A stretch of 64,000 nucleotides of DNA from Akkermansiaceae bacterium (GCA_051251915.1 JBPOGF010000015.1:1-64000), one strand, 5' to 3'; shown: positions 39,251-49,934, numbered from the stretch's first letter. Translations and numbers: made by a program. Notes: generated from the letters alone by a model not told the origin.

Positions 39251-39757
39251 ATGAGCGATATTTCAGATATAAAGATAAGCATGAAGACCTCGAAAGGGGA
39301 GATTACGATCACGATGTTTGCTAATGATGCACAGGTAACCTGCGCTAATTTCCTCAACCTCGTATCACGTGGATACTATGATGGTTTGAAATTTCACCGT
39401 GTGATTCCAGACTTCATGGTGCAAGGCGGAGACCCTACTGGTACAGGAAGTGGTGGGCCTGGGTATAAATTTGAATGTGAATGTAAGCCATGGCTTAAGC
39501 ACGAAAAGCCAGGTATTCTCTCCATGGCAAATGCTGGGCCAAACACCAACGGTTCACAGTTTTTCATCACTCACGTGGCAACTCCTTGGCTAGATGGTAA
39601 GCACACTGTTTTCGGTGCCGTTTCTGAGGGAATGGATGTTGTTAATGCTATAGTTGGTGGTGATAAGATTGAAACGGTAACTATATTAGATAGTGCAGAC
39701 GACCTATTCGCAGTACAAGCAGACCGCATTACTGACTGGAACAAAGCACTAAAATAA
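39251..39757 (+). CDS. cyclophilin-type peptidyl-prolyl cis-trans isomerase
   Basis: [52 protein letters not shown]. Confidence 0.97.
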   Translation: MSDISDIKISMKTSKGEITITMFANDAQVTCANFLNLVSRGYYDGLKFHRVIPDFMVQGGDPTGTGSGGPGYKFECECKPWLKHEKPGILSMANAGPNTNGSQFFITHVATPWLDGKHTVFGAVSEGMDVVNAIVGGDKIETVTILDSADDLFAVQADRITDWNKALK

Positions 39758-39869
39758 GATCCACTTTTAAGGTGTCGCAATCGAAGATTCTCAAGAATTT
39801 GCCGCTTGCGATACTGTTAATAACATCTAACTTTCCAGACGCAAATCACATTTATTGCCGAACAACCTT

Positions 39870-40583
39870 ATGAAGATTTTCACACCACTCATCACCGTGC
39901 TTTCATTAGCAACTGCTAGCCTCTCAGCCAGCGAACCTCCAACTGTTTTAGGACAATATCTAGAACCTGATAAAGTGACTAAAGGTGAAGTTGTGCAACT
40001 GGATATCCCATCAGGGTTTCTGAAATTCAGAGATTTCTTAAAACAAGCTCAAGAGGCTGACCCCGAGTGGTATAAGGCTCATCAAGAAAAGGCAGGTAAG
40101 GAAAACCCAATCCCTCCTTTTGACACTAAATTAGGCATGACTAAGGCTGAGTATGACAAATACGTCGCCCTCTGGGAGCAGAGATCTTATAAGCGTATCG
40201 AAGATGGTGAGGTCCACCTTATTCTTAAAGAGGATGGCGAAAACGAATGGGTTATCAACATTTCAGGAAAAGGAATGCCAGTCTCTCTACTCAAATATAT
40301 AGCAGCACAAGATCAATTTAAATCTAGCAATGGGACATTAATCAGAATTGAAGATATCAAATCACCAAAGGAAAGCATCTACCGCGAGTGGAGTGGACAA
40401 GAGTGGAGATATTTCAATGATGGAGACCTCGTCAAAACCAAAGAAAACATAGCTATCGGCAGAACTGGTGACGGTAAATATGGTTTACTAATCTATTCTC
40501 TCCAAGAGCTTTCTGGAAATGGTAGCCCATTAGCCGACGATCTACTTATGATCCGTTTCGTTCCCAAGAAACTTCAGAAATAA
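39870..40583 (+). CDS. exported hypothetical protein
   Basis: Signal peptide MKIFTPLITVLSLATASLSA. Confidence 0.8.
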   Translation: MKIFTPLITVLSLATASLSASEPPTVLGQYLEPDKVTKGEVVQLDIPSGFLKFRDFLKQAQEADPEWYKAHQEKAGKENPIPPFDTKLGMTKAEYDKYVALWEQRSYKRIEDGEVHLILKEDGENEWVINISGKGMPVSLLKYIAAQDQFKSSNGTLIRIEDIKSPKESIYREWSGQEWRYFNDGDLVKTKENIAIGRTGDGKYGLLIYSLQELSGNGSPLADDLLMIRFVPKKLQK

Positions 40584-40604
40584 CCTTATTATTATTGTAA
40601 ACGA

Positions 40605-42065
40605 GTGTCAGAGAGATCAGCGACAGTAGAGAAAAAATCACAGACCAGCCATAAATTGAAATGGCGTAGGTACTTTGCCTTTCTGGTTATTTTCATCGTC
40701 TTGATCTATCTTCTGTCGCTAGTATTACTGAATACCTCTTGGGCTAAAAATAAGCTGACCAACAAGTTCAATCAGAAATCTAACACCGAATGGGAGGTAG
40801 GTTCCGTCCTTTGGATTCCCTTTGGTGATATAGAGCTTAATAACCTCCAAACAAAAATGGGGGACGGTGGAATTCAAATAAAATCTCTCAGTGTAGAGCC
40901 TTCGTGGCAAAATTTATTTTCGGGGGAATTAAGACTCATGGGAGCCACGGCCAAGGGAGCAGAGGTGGATCTGGATCTTAAGTGGCTAAAAGAAAACTCT
41001 AACAATGATGCTGAGATCATCACTAGAACTAAACCTAAAACAACCAAACCTACTCCCAAAATAACGCCCAAAAAACCTACTAAACCACCTGTAAACCCTA
41101 CGACACCAAAGCAGCCTCAAAAGCCGGTATCTAATCCTGTAGTTACTGAGATTCCTAAAATCGACACCTCTCCAAATCGATGGCTAACAATAGAAAAGTT
41201 GAATGTTACTGTTAGAAATGGAGATGAAGTCATTGATCAAATAACAGATATTACTGCATCCATACCTTATGCAGGCAAGCCTGCAGAAGGTGGAATTCAA
41301 TTAAAATTTCATGATTATGAACATAAAGTTGAAATCCATTGGGATGGAAAAGAGCTTCACGCAGAAGATACTGAAGGTGAAATTTTCAACGTCAAGTATC
41401 AGTGGAAAATCGCGTGTAAACTGAATCAGCGAGGTAGTCCATTTGCATTCATCTTCAATGTGCCCCAGCAAAAACTAAATTATATTCACAACAAGCCAAA
41501 TCTCCACCTTAGTCTGACCTCAGATAAAATTGCAACTTCTTTTATGCTTAACGGAAGCCTTAAAAACCCGCTCACTTGGCGCGGTCTCCTCAATGCGCAG
41601 ACAGGGCGATTGATCATAACTGAAAATCAAAAAACTCACAAGCGCCTAGAGTTCGATCACACTCACCTAGTTGGATCTATCGCAAATGGCGCTATTCACA
41701 TTCCTAGCGCAGAAGCTATTGGTCACAAAACTTCTATCCTTGCGAATGGAGTCATTCATAAGAATCTATATAGCTATGGCGTGGTCAGATTGATCACTAA
41801 CGAAGAAGCAAGAGGTTTTTATGAAGGTGTATATCATGCAACAAAGCTCATTCATATTGATCAAAATTCTTATCACTTCTTATTTCCACTAGATACTCCT
41901 GAACGAAGATATTGTGATCTATACTTAGACGGCAAACTGACTGATCTAGAAATTCGACATAATCGAAGCAATAGTTGGCAACCGCTTAATATACTCATAA
42001 AGAAGCTGTTCAACTTCAAAAACAATGAACTTGCAGAAGACGGCCTTTTAGAGTCGGCACAATAA
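40605..42065 (+). CDS. membrane-anchored beta-rich protein, AsmA-like N-terminus, Pro/Lys/Thr linker
   Basis: N-terminal TM then W.K.KL...IEL.NL...IKSLSVEPSW.NL.SG.L; the family call is an inference. Confidence 0.65.
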   Translation: MSERSATVEKKSQTSHKLKWRRYFAFLVIFIVLIYLLSLVLLNTSWAKNKLTNKFNQKSNTEWEVGSVLWIPFGDIELNNLQTKMGDGGIQIKSLSVEPSWQNLFSGELRLMGATAKGAEVDLDLKWLKENSNNDAEIITRTKPKTTKPTPKITPKKPTKPPVNPTTPKQPQKPVSNPVVTEIPKIDTSPNRWLTIEKLNVTVRNGDEVIDQITDITASIPYAGKPAEGGIQLKFHDYEHKVEIHWDGKELHAEDTEGEIFNVKYQWKIACKLNQRGSPFAFIFNVPQQKLNYIHNKPNLHLSLTSDKIATSFMLNGSLKNPLTWRGLLNAQTGRLIITENQKTHKRLEFDHTHLVGSIANGAIHIPSAEAIGHKTSILANGVIHKNLYSYGVVRLITNEEARGFYEGVYHATKLIHIDQNSYHFLFPLDTPERRYCDLYLDGKLTDLEIRHNRSNSWQPLNILIKKLFNFKNNELAEDGLLESAQ

Positions 42066-42081
42066 AGAGTCGGCACAATAA
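42050..42081. repeat. perfect 16-bp tandem duplication (AGAGTCGGCACAATAA x2) spanning the stop codon
   Basis: Read directly. Confidence 0.9.
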
Positions 42082-42143
42082 AAATGATGTTTTAGAGGCA
42101 AACAGCAGGGAGGGCATTAAGTCTCTATTACTCTAAACTTCAG

Positions 42144-43214
42144 CTATTCTGTTACATCCGGATAACTCCCTAGCATTTTCACCATAGAGCAATACTCTGA
42201 GAGGTTCTCGATACCTGCAGCCACTTTCTCATCTTCGCAATGCCCTGCGAGATCTACATAGAAATTATACTCCCAATCACGCTGCTTGGATGGCCTAGAT
42301 TCGATTTTCGACATATTCACTTCAATAGAGTCAAAGATCTGGAGAGCTTTCACCAATGAGCCAGGTTTATCTTTAGTGCTAAATAATATCGAGGTGCGGT
42401 CTTTTCCAGTAGGCGGACATGTTTTCTCACCGATCACGAGGAATCGCGTTGTATTGGTCGCTCGATCTTGGATGCATTCATCTAGCATCGTCAGACCGTG
42501 CATTTCCGCAGCTAGTGGGCCTCCCATGGCCGCAGCACCATCAGCTTCATATTTTTTAGCAAGAAATGCAGCCTTTGTTGTGGATGACACCTCTACCAAA
42601 TCAGCTTTTGGGAAATGGCGAAGAATCCAATTACGACACTGGCCGAATACTTGAGGGTGTGAATAAAGCGTCTTGATGTCTTCACGTGGAATACTCGCCA
42701 TTAAGCCATTCTCAATACGAAGAAGAATCTGCGCACAGATTTTAAGAGGGGAGTCTACGAAGAGATCGAGCGTGTGAGAAACCGCTCCTTCAGTAGAGTT
42801 TTCGATAGGAACAACGCCATAATCCGCTTTCCTGCGTGCCACTTGGTCGAACACCTCAGCGAAGTTTGACTGCGAAGAATAAGCCACGGAATGTCCAAAT
42901 TTCTTGATTGCCGCTTGATGTGTCCAAGTGCCTGCAGGCCCTAAATAGGCTATCTTCAGATCGTCTTCAAGAGCTAGCGCACACGACATAATTTCTCGAT
43001 AAATTGCACGCACAGATTTCTCCGGAATCCGCTCTCCAGCCATCGTCACTAACTTTTGCAAAAGTAACTCTTCTCTCTCTGGCGCATAGATTTGCAGCCC
43101 CTCCTTCTTCTTAATTTCTCCCACAGTGTGAACACAGTCAACACGTTGAGCTAATAGGTCTAAAAGTTGACTGTCTATCGCATCAATCTTCTTGCGTATA
43201 TCGTTTAATGGCAT
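42144..43214 (-). CDS. pheA: chorismate mutase / prephenate dehydratase
   Basis: N-terminal CM domain (IRKKIDAID); YLGPAGT, VPIENSTEG, SHPQ, NTTRF, ACT domain with IESRPS. Confidence 0.96.
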   Translation of the reverse strand: MPLNDIRKKIDAIDSQLLDLLAQRVDCVHTVGEIKKKEGLQIYAPEREELLLQKLVTMAGERIPEKSVRAIYREIMSCALALEDDLKIAYLGPAGTWTHQAAIKKFGHSVAYSSQSNFAEVFDQVARRKADYGVVPIENSTEGAVSHTLDLFVDSPLKICAQILLRIENGLMASIPREDIKTLYSHPQVFGQCRNWILRHFPKADLVEVSSTTKAAFLAKKYEADGAAAMGGPLAAEMHGLTMLDECIQDRATNTTRFLVIGEKTCPPTGKDRTSILFSTKDKPGSLVKALQIFDSIEVNMSKIESRPSKQRDWEYNFYVDLAGHCEDEKVAAGIENLSEYCSMVKMLGSYPDVTE

Positions 43215-43268
43215 TACGTAAAATTACTAGTAAGTTGTTTAATTTTAATTATTTAATATTGTATCGAA

Positions 43269-44051
43269 TTAAAGTTTATTAGAGCTTTTTCCAATATTTT
43301 CAAATTCGTTCGCTGGTGCTAAATGCTCACTGGTTTGGGTTGCTGTCAAATCATTTTCGTCGCTATTTTCTAGCTTTGGCTCAGGCAATTTAACAGTTCT
43401 TAACTCGGAAGCATTAGGTAGATCATTTACATTTTTGATCCCAAAATACTCGAAGAACAGTTCCGTAGTTTCATACAAAAGTGGCCGACCAGGTAGTTCT
43501 GCGCGACCACCAATACAAATCAATTCTCGGTCTAAAAGTTTCTGTAGCATGCCATCACATGATACTCCTCTGACGGCTTCAATGGCTGCTTTTGTGATAG
43601 GCTGTCGATATGCAATAATCGCCAAGGTTTCCATTGCAGGACCACTCAATCTCTGAGGTTTTTGCCCAGGAAATAACTGACGAACAAAATCAGCGTATTC
43701 CGGATTAGTGTAAATTTTCCAACCTTTAGAGCGCTCAATAATAGCGAATGATCGACCGTTCGCTGTGTAGTTCTGATTTAACTCAGCGATGGCGGTGATC
43801 ACTTGATTCTGTGAAGTTGGTGCTAATTCTGAGAGCCAAACCGGTAATGTCGCGGGTTGAAACTCATCCACATCATCAGGACGATCAGTTTTCTTGTTTT
43901 TAGTAATTGATGCTATGACATCTTCATTTTCCACCTGAAGTGATTCTTCAGCCTCAGCGACACGAGCGCGTACCAACCGAGCTAGCTCAGCACTAGATAA
44001 AGGTTGTTCAGAGGCTACAAGAATAGCTTCGATGATCGCGGTCAATTCCAT
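43269..44051 (-). CDS. scpB: SMC-Scp complex subunit ScpB
   Basis: IEAIL, LS..AMETLAIIAYRQPITKA.IEAVRGV, GRAELPGRPLLY.TT..F. Confidence 0.95.
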   Translation of the reverse strand: MELTAIIEAILVASEQPLSSAELARLVRARVAEAEESLQVENEDVIASITKNKKTDRPDDVDEFQPATLPVWLSELAPTSQNQVITAIAELNQNYTANGRSFAIIERSKGWKIYTNPEYADFVRQLFPGQKPQRLSGPAMETLAIIAYRQPITKAAIEAVRGVSCDGMLQKLLDRELICIGGRAELPGRPLLYETTELFFEYFGIKNVNDLPNASELRTVKLPEPKLENSDENDLTATQTSEHLAPANEFENIGKSSNKL

Positions 44052-44060
44052 TACACCAAC

Positions 44061-44089
44061 AGACTAAATTTGACCTCACTACAATGCAA
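44061..44089 (-). promoter_or_regulatory. putative scpB promoter
   Basis: TTGCAT-17 bp-TAGTCT, 9 nt before the ATG. Confidence 0.5.
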
Positions 44090-44226
44090 GCAAGATGATT
44101 TCTAATTCAGGATATGAATCATAGATTTGATGTTTGCTGGTTTCTCATTAAGAATGCTAACAAATGTATAATTTACAAGCGCAGAGCCCTTGTTGGATTG
44201 TTAATTATGCACGAGTGCGATAGAGT

Positions 44227-44252
44227 TATGCCTATATATGCCTATATATGCC
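44227..44252. repeat. 10-bp tandem repeat (TATGCCTATA, about 2.6 copies)
   Basis: Read directly in the AT-rich intergenic region. Confidence 0.8.
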
Positions 44253-44275
44253 AATTTTAAATCACCTCTTTTATA

Positions 44276-44303
44276 AGTTCACACAATATATGTAATGCGT
44301 CAT
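44276..44303 (-). other. candidate dif (XerCD) chromosome dimer resolution site
   Basis: Minus strand ATGACGCATTA-CATATA-TTGTGTGAACT, 11-6-11 layout resembling known dif sites; lies within the GC-skew transition. Confidence 0.45.
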
Positions 44304-44369
44304 TATGTAGTGATCACAAATACGTTTATTGCAACCTCCTTAAAATAAGTGCCGGCTAGTAGATTCTAA

Positions 44370-46217
44370 TCACACCTCCGCCGAGTTAACATCCTCTCTT
44401 AGATTGTCGATGATGTAGAGTTGTCGATCTGGTGTATTTTTGCCCATGTAGAATGCGAGCATCTCTTTAAGTGATTTTCCCTCAACCATTGAAACTGGGT
44501 CGAGTCGAATATCATCACCGATCATGAACGCGAATTCATCAGGTGAGATTTCACCTAAACCTTTGAATCGTGTGATTTCTGCGGCTTTGCCACATTCTTT
44601 AATAGCACTCTCACGTTCTTCGTCATCGTAGCAATAGAATGTTTTCTTCTTATTTCTCACTCTGAACAATGGGGTCTGCAAGATGTAAACGTGTCCTTCT
44701 CTTACGAGCTCTGGAAAGAACTGAAGGAAAAACGTTAACAACAATAGCCTGATATGCATACCGTCGACATCGGCATCTGTTGCGATGACTACATGGTTAA
44801 ATTTAAGACCTTCAAGTCCATCCTCAATGTTGAGTGCGTGCTGCAACAAGTTAAATTCTTCATTCTCATAAACGATCTTTTTTGTTAGTGAGAATGAGTT
44901 CAATGGCTTACCGCGCAACGAAAACACAGCCTGAGTTTCAACATCACGACTCTTCGTGATAGAACCACTTGCAGAGTCACCCTCAGTAATAAACACTGTT
45001 GTTTCTTCTCTGCGCTTGTGCTTTGTGTCTAAATGAGCACGGCAGTCTCTAAGCTTTTTATTATGAACCTTAGCTTTTCTTGCTCTATCCCTGGCCAGCT
45101 TTTTGATTCCTTTGAGCTCTTTGCGCTCTTTTTCTGCTACGAGGATACGTTTTTGTAATGCCTCTGCACTTTTCGGATGCTTATGTAGGTGGTTATCAAG
45201 ATGCTCTTTGAGGAAATTCAGGACAAATGTCCGGACGGTTTCTCCATCTGGAGCCACATGCGTGGAACCGAGTTTTGTCTTTGTTTGACTCTCAAACACC
45301 GGTTCCTCAACTCGGATCGATACAGCAGCAGTTAGACCTGCTCGGATATCTGAAGGGTCATATTGTTTCTTATAAAAGTCCCTCACCACCTTAACCACCG
45401 CCTCACGAAATGCAGCGAGATGGGTTCCGCCCTGTGTAGTGTGCTGACCATTAACAAAGGTGTAGTAATCTTCACCACTTGCCATGGTGTGAGTGAATGT
45501 CACATCAAGATCTTTGCCGCATAAATTAATTGGCTCATAGAGCATTTCATCATCCATTTCCTCTTTCAAGAGGTCCAGTAATCCGTCTCTAGATTTAAAC
45601 TTCTTACCGTTGAAGACCACAGTTAAACCTGGGTTCAAGTAGGAATAATAGCGACACATCTTCTCCACGTAACGCTCACGAAATTTGGTTCTTTTTGGGA
45701 AAATTTCACGATCGACATCAAACGCGATACGCGTTCCGTTCACCGCATCTTTATCTTTGCGAGGTGTCTTCATATCCTCCACCACTTCGCCACGGCTAAA
45801 CTCAATTGCCTTAGTCTCACCTTCTCGCCAAGCTTGAATTTCGAAGAATATTGATAACGCATTCACAGCCTTAATGCCCACACCGTTAAGGCCAACAGAT
45901 TTCTTGAATGCCTCACTGTCATATTTAGCTCCAGTATTGATTTTAGCCGCGCAATCCATCAATTTGCCAAGCGGTATCCCCCTGCCGAAATCTCGCACTT
46001 CTACCCGGTCTTCGTCATCGATCGTTACATGAATTTCCTTACCATGGCCCATGACAAACTCATCAATTGAGTTATCCATGACTTCTTTGAGCAAGATGTA
46101 GATACCGTCCTCAGGACTAGATCCATCGGCTAACTTTCCGATATACATACCTGGTCGCAAGCGGATATGCTCTTTCCAGTCTAAACTCTTGATGTCGTCT
46201 TCTGTGTAACTTGCCAT
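44370..46217 (-). CDS. parE: type IIA topoisomerase B subunit, most likely topoisomerase IV ParE
   Basis: [62 protein letters not shown]. Confidence 0.88.
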   Translation of the reverse strand: MASYTEDDIKSLDWKEHIRLRPGMYIGKLADGSSPEDGIYILLKEVMDNSIDEFVMGHGKEIHVTIDDEDRVEVRDFGRGIPLGKLMDCAAKINTGAKYDSEAFKKSVGLNGVGIKAVNALSIFFEIQAWREGETKAIEFSRGEVVEDMKTPRKDKDAVNGTRIAFDVDREIFPKRTKFRERYVEKMCRYYSYLNPGLTVVFNGKKFKSRDGLLDLLKEEMDDEMLYEPINLCGKDLDVTFTHTMASGEDYYTFVNGQHTTQGGTHLAAFREAVVKVVRDFYKKQYDPSDIRAGLTAAVSIRVEEPVFESQTKTKLGSTHVAPDGETVRTFVLNFLKEHLDNHLHKHPKSAEALQKRILVAEKERKELKGIKKLARDRARKAKVHNKKLRDCRAHLDTKHKRREETTVFITEGDSASGSITKSRDVETQAVFSLRGKPLNSFSLTKKIVYENEEFNLLQHALNIEDGLEGLKFNHVVIATDADVDGMHIRLLLLTFFLQFFPELVREGHVYILQTPLFRVRNKKKTFYCYDDEERESAIKECGKAAEITRFKGLGEISPDEFAFMIGDDIRLDPVSMVEGKSLKEMLAFYMGKNTPDRQLYIIDNLREDVNSAEV

Positions 46218-46305
46218 GATGAAAAATGCTTTTGCTTAAGATGCGTTAATTAATCTATTGTGGCAACTACGAAATGCGTAAGAGTCAGTAAATACTAAGC
46301 TTTTA

Positions 46306-46989
46306 CTATAGGTTACGACGGCCCAAGCCCTCTATTTCTTTCTGCTGCTTATTGATCAAAAATGAAATAGCTATCCCAGGGAGAACCGATACCCATGTCC
46401 AAGCGTGTATAGACTCTATTAGGTCCTCCTCTTCCGAAACTCTGTGTAGGACACGAGTTCGCTCGATGAGTGAAGCCATCTGAGATGCCGCTTCTTTTTC
46501 TACTGCACGCGAAAACCACAGGAAACAAATGCAACCAGCAAGCACTAGTCCTACAATAATGATAGTCCACATTGCAGGAACTCGGCCGACAATGGTTCCA
46601 AGTACACATCCCACGAAGGTTAGTGGTGGTAAGATGTAACCAAGTTTCACATATTTAATGCGCCACTGAATCAGTTTTTGATGATCTTCCCAAAGCCCAG
46701 ACAGGCCAAGCTTAATAAGTTGCTGGGCGATTTCTTTACTAGAAGTCGAATGTCTGTATCTCTCATCAATTATAGCCACGCCCTCATTATTAAGCGGAAT
46801 ACCAACCCAAGCGCGCTTCTTAAACTCATAGTTAACCTTGTCATACTTCGCGGAGATCACTTTGAGAATGGTTTCCAAATTCACCGACAACTCCCCTGCT
46901 TTGTATAATTTTCGGAAACCAAAGAGATTTGCTACGAGAAAACCTACCAGAATAGGCACAGCGCAGATGAGTATCAGCAATGCTTTCAT
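46306..46989 (-). CDS. membrane protein, possibly a degenerate YugP-like zinc peptidase homologue
   Basis: N-terminal TM, two central TMs, VEKEA and HAWTWV segments; no HExxH. Confidence 0.65.
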   Translation of the reverse strand: MKALLILICAVPILVGFLVANLFGFRKLYKAGELSVNLETILKVISAKYDKVNYEFKKRAWVGIPLNNEGVAIIDERYRHSTSSKEIAQQLIKLGLSGLWEDHQKLIQWRIKYVKLGYILPPLTFVGCVLGTIVGRVPAMWTIIIVGLVLAGCICFLWFSRAVEKEAASQMASLIERTRVLHRVSEEEDLIESIHAWTWVSVLPGIAISFLINKQQKEIEGLGRRNL

Positions 46990-47016
46990 AAGTTACGCTA
47001 AAGGAGTCAAAATAGA

Positions 47017-49848
47017 TTAAGGTTTAGGGTGTGGTTCCGTCCTAAATCTCTCCAACTGATTAGCTAAACTGTAGGTGCGCATTTTAGCAGATGCCCGTCT
47101 TCCTAAAGTATCTAAACGACCATACTTACTTGCAATTACCGCTTTTTCTCCCCATTCAACAGCTTTTTTTCTATCTCCCTTAGCGTGCCAAATCTCGCCC
47201 ATGGTATCTATGTAAGAAGCCTCAAATGGTGTGATTTTCAGTGATGTGTCAGAGTGTTGTAATGCTACATCTAGTTTTCTAACAGCACGTGATAGAATCC
47301 ACGCAATGGTATTGTGCGTATTTGAGCATTCAGGAAATTCTTCTAGCGATCGTTGTACATATTGATGAGATTCCTCTACCCAGAGATCGTATTGTTTCGT
47401 TAAGTCTGTGGTTCTAACAGCGGGGTAGAAATGATCAGCTAATGAACCGTCGCCAACTATGGATTGGTGTGCAAAGTTTAGCATTTTCAGCCCTTTAGCT
47501 TTTTCACCGGCTTTATAGAGCTGCATTCCTCGGGTGAATTGAGCATTGTAGAAATCGCTAATGTAATAACCAAAATTAGAGCTTTCAGTGTCTGATGGAT
47601 GTTCGATGAGGTCAGACGCAGACTTCACCATGAAGAATGCCGCAGCTTTAGCCCATTGTTGTGTATGACTGTATGCGTTGTCAGATCCTGATAAGTAGCC
47701 TAATGCAAATTTGTATAAATTTGACTCTCTATCCACAGAACCAATAATGAGAATTCGCTCTACGATTTCAGTAGAAATATCATAATAACCTGCAAGGTAA
47801 TGCTCAACCGCGATATCGCGAAGTTCATCATTCAGCCCCATGCTTAGAAGCTTGGCGTGATCTAACAACTGATCTGCAGCTTTCTCATCGCCTAGTTTAC
47901 GCTTCGCGATAGAATAAATGGCATACCATCTTGGTGAATCCTGGAGGAATGAGCTATCTGCATCAAGCAGATTGGCAATTGTTTTCCAGTCGAGACAACT
48001 CGCAAGCTCTCTAAGGTATTCCAGCTTCCTCAACGGAATTGCTATTTTGTTCTTTTCAGAATCAAGTAATAGTTTTGCATATTTCTTAGCGCTAATCGCG
48101 TCTTGTCTAAACATCGCCACTGAATGCAATGCTGAGCGCATAGACTTTAGACTTACTACACCCTGATTTGAGGCTATTTTGATGAGTTCATCTTGTAACT
48201 GGAGGTAAGTTTTCACCTCTGACTGATAAATGCCCATAACGACGGCTAGATCTCGGAATGATTTCTCAGGAGTCACATCATCGCGGTGTAATAATGTGTT
48301 CCAAACTAGGTCAGTATCAACAGTATCGTCATACAGGTAAGTCACCATTTGCTCATAGGTGTTGTCATCATTTCCTCTTTCTAGCACCACCTCTATTGCG
48401 AGGTCGTGCATCCTGTGATTAGCCATAGACTCTACAACTTTATACCATTCGTTATTCTTCTGAGCCTGTAACTCTTTGAGTAATGGTGAGATGATTTCTT
48501 TTGCTGTTTGAGGCAATCCTTTATTGTAATAAAACTCAGACAACATCAAGAGTCTGTCTGAATACGGAATCTGATCTGCGCCTCTAAAAGCACGTTGATC
48601 CTGCTGATCCATTTCGAACTCTTCTAGAGCTTGCCGGGTGTTATCTTTAATGAATTTTTGAAGAGATTTTTCATCGGTTATACCTAGTATGGCTAATGCC
48701 TTTTTGGGCTGTTCTCTACGCTCTAGATGAGCAAAGGCGTCATATTGGTAGCGTTTCAGTAAGTATGGTTCAACGAGGTTTCCAGCTCCTGTTAAACACA
48801 TGGATTTCATGGTCTGATTGAGCAAGTCACTAGGTTTATCTCCTTTAAATATGTTGAGCGTTTTGAGTTGTTGGGCGTGAGCTTTCTTAATAAATTCATC
48901 ACTCTCCCCTTCGTACTGAGCCTTCAATATGGCGAGTCCTGTTTTCGCTATAAACGGTGCTTGTTTTGCATAAAACTGATACATCATAGCAGGATCACCT
49001 TCTAATAAATCCAAGTTTGCAATCACACCAACAAGACTCTCTTGCTGCGCGTATTTTCGGATATCAGCTCGACTCGGCTTCTCTAAATGTAAATGCTGTT
49101 CCCAGTCTTTATCAACTAGCTGATCACTCATATTCTTGAGTTTTTCTATCTCCTCATCGAGTCTCCCTATGTGGGCATAGAGATACGCTAGCGAACGCAG
49201 TGATGTTTCGCTTTTCGGAGCCAGCTTTAACTGTTCGATAGCCGCCTCAACATCTCCTTTTCCCAGAGATTCTTTAGCCGCATGATGAGCTAGCCTGTTA
49301 AAGTCTTCGTAGAGAGTTTCAGCGAGAGCTTGGTCTTTCATTTCTGAAAGCATGAAGAGCATCTGAGAGTAGGCCTTTTCTGCATAGAGCTCTCTAAGGA
49401 TGTCTTCCTTCTCATCGTTATTTGCTGCATCAAATGACTGCACTAACTCAGCAATATGTGGTGGAGTGTCTGGCAAGATTCCGACTTTAATGTATCTAAT
49501 GAGCTCAGATGATCTAGAAATAAGTTCAGGATTGCTAGACTTAGCGGCCTGCGCCAATGTGTCTAGCATCGGCTTGCCTCTTCGCCAGATCAAATCGCTG
49601 GCTTTCTCTCTGATCATGAATTCTTCATTGGCGAGCTGCTGCACGAGTTCACCATGATTCATATCTTCAAGTACTAATTTCTTGGTTTCAGGAAATCCTT
49701 GTTGCGTTTCTTTTACCTTTGATTTCCCAGGTTCTGAGTTCTCATGATCATCAGTATTGATGATATCAGCCATGCCGATAGTCGCAGCTAGCAACCCAGC
49801 CATTGAGATCCCTGTAGAAATTCCTTTTCTTGTGTATCTTGAAGTCAT
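47017..49848 (-). CDS. large exported HEAT/TPR-like helical repeat protein
   Basis: Signal-like N-terminus; HEAT-like LVQQLANEEFMIREKA; C-terminal TPR-like HNTIAW...ALQHS...YIDTMGE. Confidence 0.8.
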   Translation of the reverse strand: MTSRYTRKGISTGISMAGLLAATIGMADIINTDDHENSEPGKSKVKETQQGFPETKKLVLEDMNHGELVQQLANEEFMIREKASDLIWRRGKPMLDTLAQAAKSSNPELISRSSELIRYIKVGILPDTPPHIAELVQSFDAANNDEKEDILRELYAEKAYSQMLFMLSEMKDQALAETLYEDFNRLAHHAAKESLGKGDVEAAIEQLKLAPKSETSLRSLAYLYAHIGRLDEEIEKLKNMSDQLVDKDWEQHLHLEKPSRADIRKYAQQESLVGVIANLDLLEGDPAMMYQFYAKQAPFIAKTGLAILKAQYEGESDEFIKKAHAQQLKTLNIFKGDKPSDLLNQTMKSMCLTGAGNLVEPYLLKRYQYDAFAHLERREQPKKALAILGITDEKSLQKFIKDNTRQALEEFEMDQQDQRAFRGADQIPYSDRLLMLSEFYYNKGLPQTAKEIISPLLKELQAQKNNEWYKVVESMANHRMHDLAIEVVLERGNDDNTYEQMVTYLYDDTVDTDLVWNTLLHRDDVTPEKSFRDLAVVMGIYQSEVKTYLQLQDELIKIASNQGVVSLKSMRSALHSVAMFRQDAISAKKYAKLLLDSEKNKIAIPLRKLEYLRELASCLDWKTIANLLDADSSFLQDSPRWYAIYSIAKRKLGDEKAADQLLDHAKLLSMGLNDELRDIAVEHYLAGYYDISTEIVERILIIGSVDRESNLYKFALGYLSGSDNAYSHTQQWAKAAAFFMVKSASDLIEHPSDTESSNFGYYISDFYNAQFTRGMQLYKAGEKAKGLKMLNFAHQSIVGDGSLADHFYPAVRTTDLTKQYDLWVEESHQYVQRSLEEFPECSNTHNTIAWILSRAVRKLDVALQHSDTSLKITPFEASYIDTMGEIWHAKGDRKKAVEWGEKAVIASKYGRLDTLGRRASAKMRTYSLANQLERFRTEPHPKP

Positions 49849-49934
49849 TATAGAATAATAAGTAGCGCTTCTGATAAACTAGCGCAAATAGGTTGAAATA
49901 CCAGTTTTCTTTTAAGCTCTCAGATTTAAGTGCT

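Noticed and set aside
41020..41160. Repetitive A/C-rich DNA
   Set aside because: It encodes a Pro/Lys/Thr linker; it is not a DNA repeat element or CRISPR array.
44052..44369. Possible oriC (AT-rich gap, TTATGCACG near-DnaA box, 10-bp repeats)
   Set aside because: Only one imperfect box, no dnaA or dnaN nearby, and the skew polarity (G-rich to C-rich) indicates a terminus rather than an origin.
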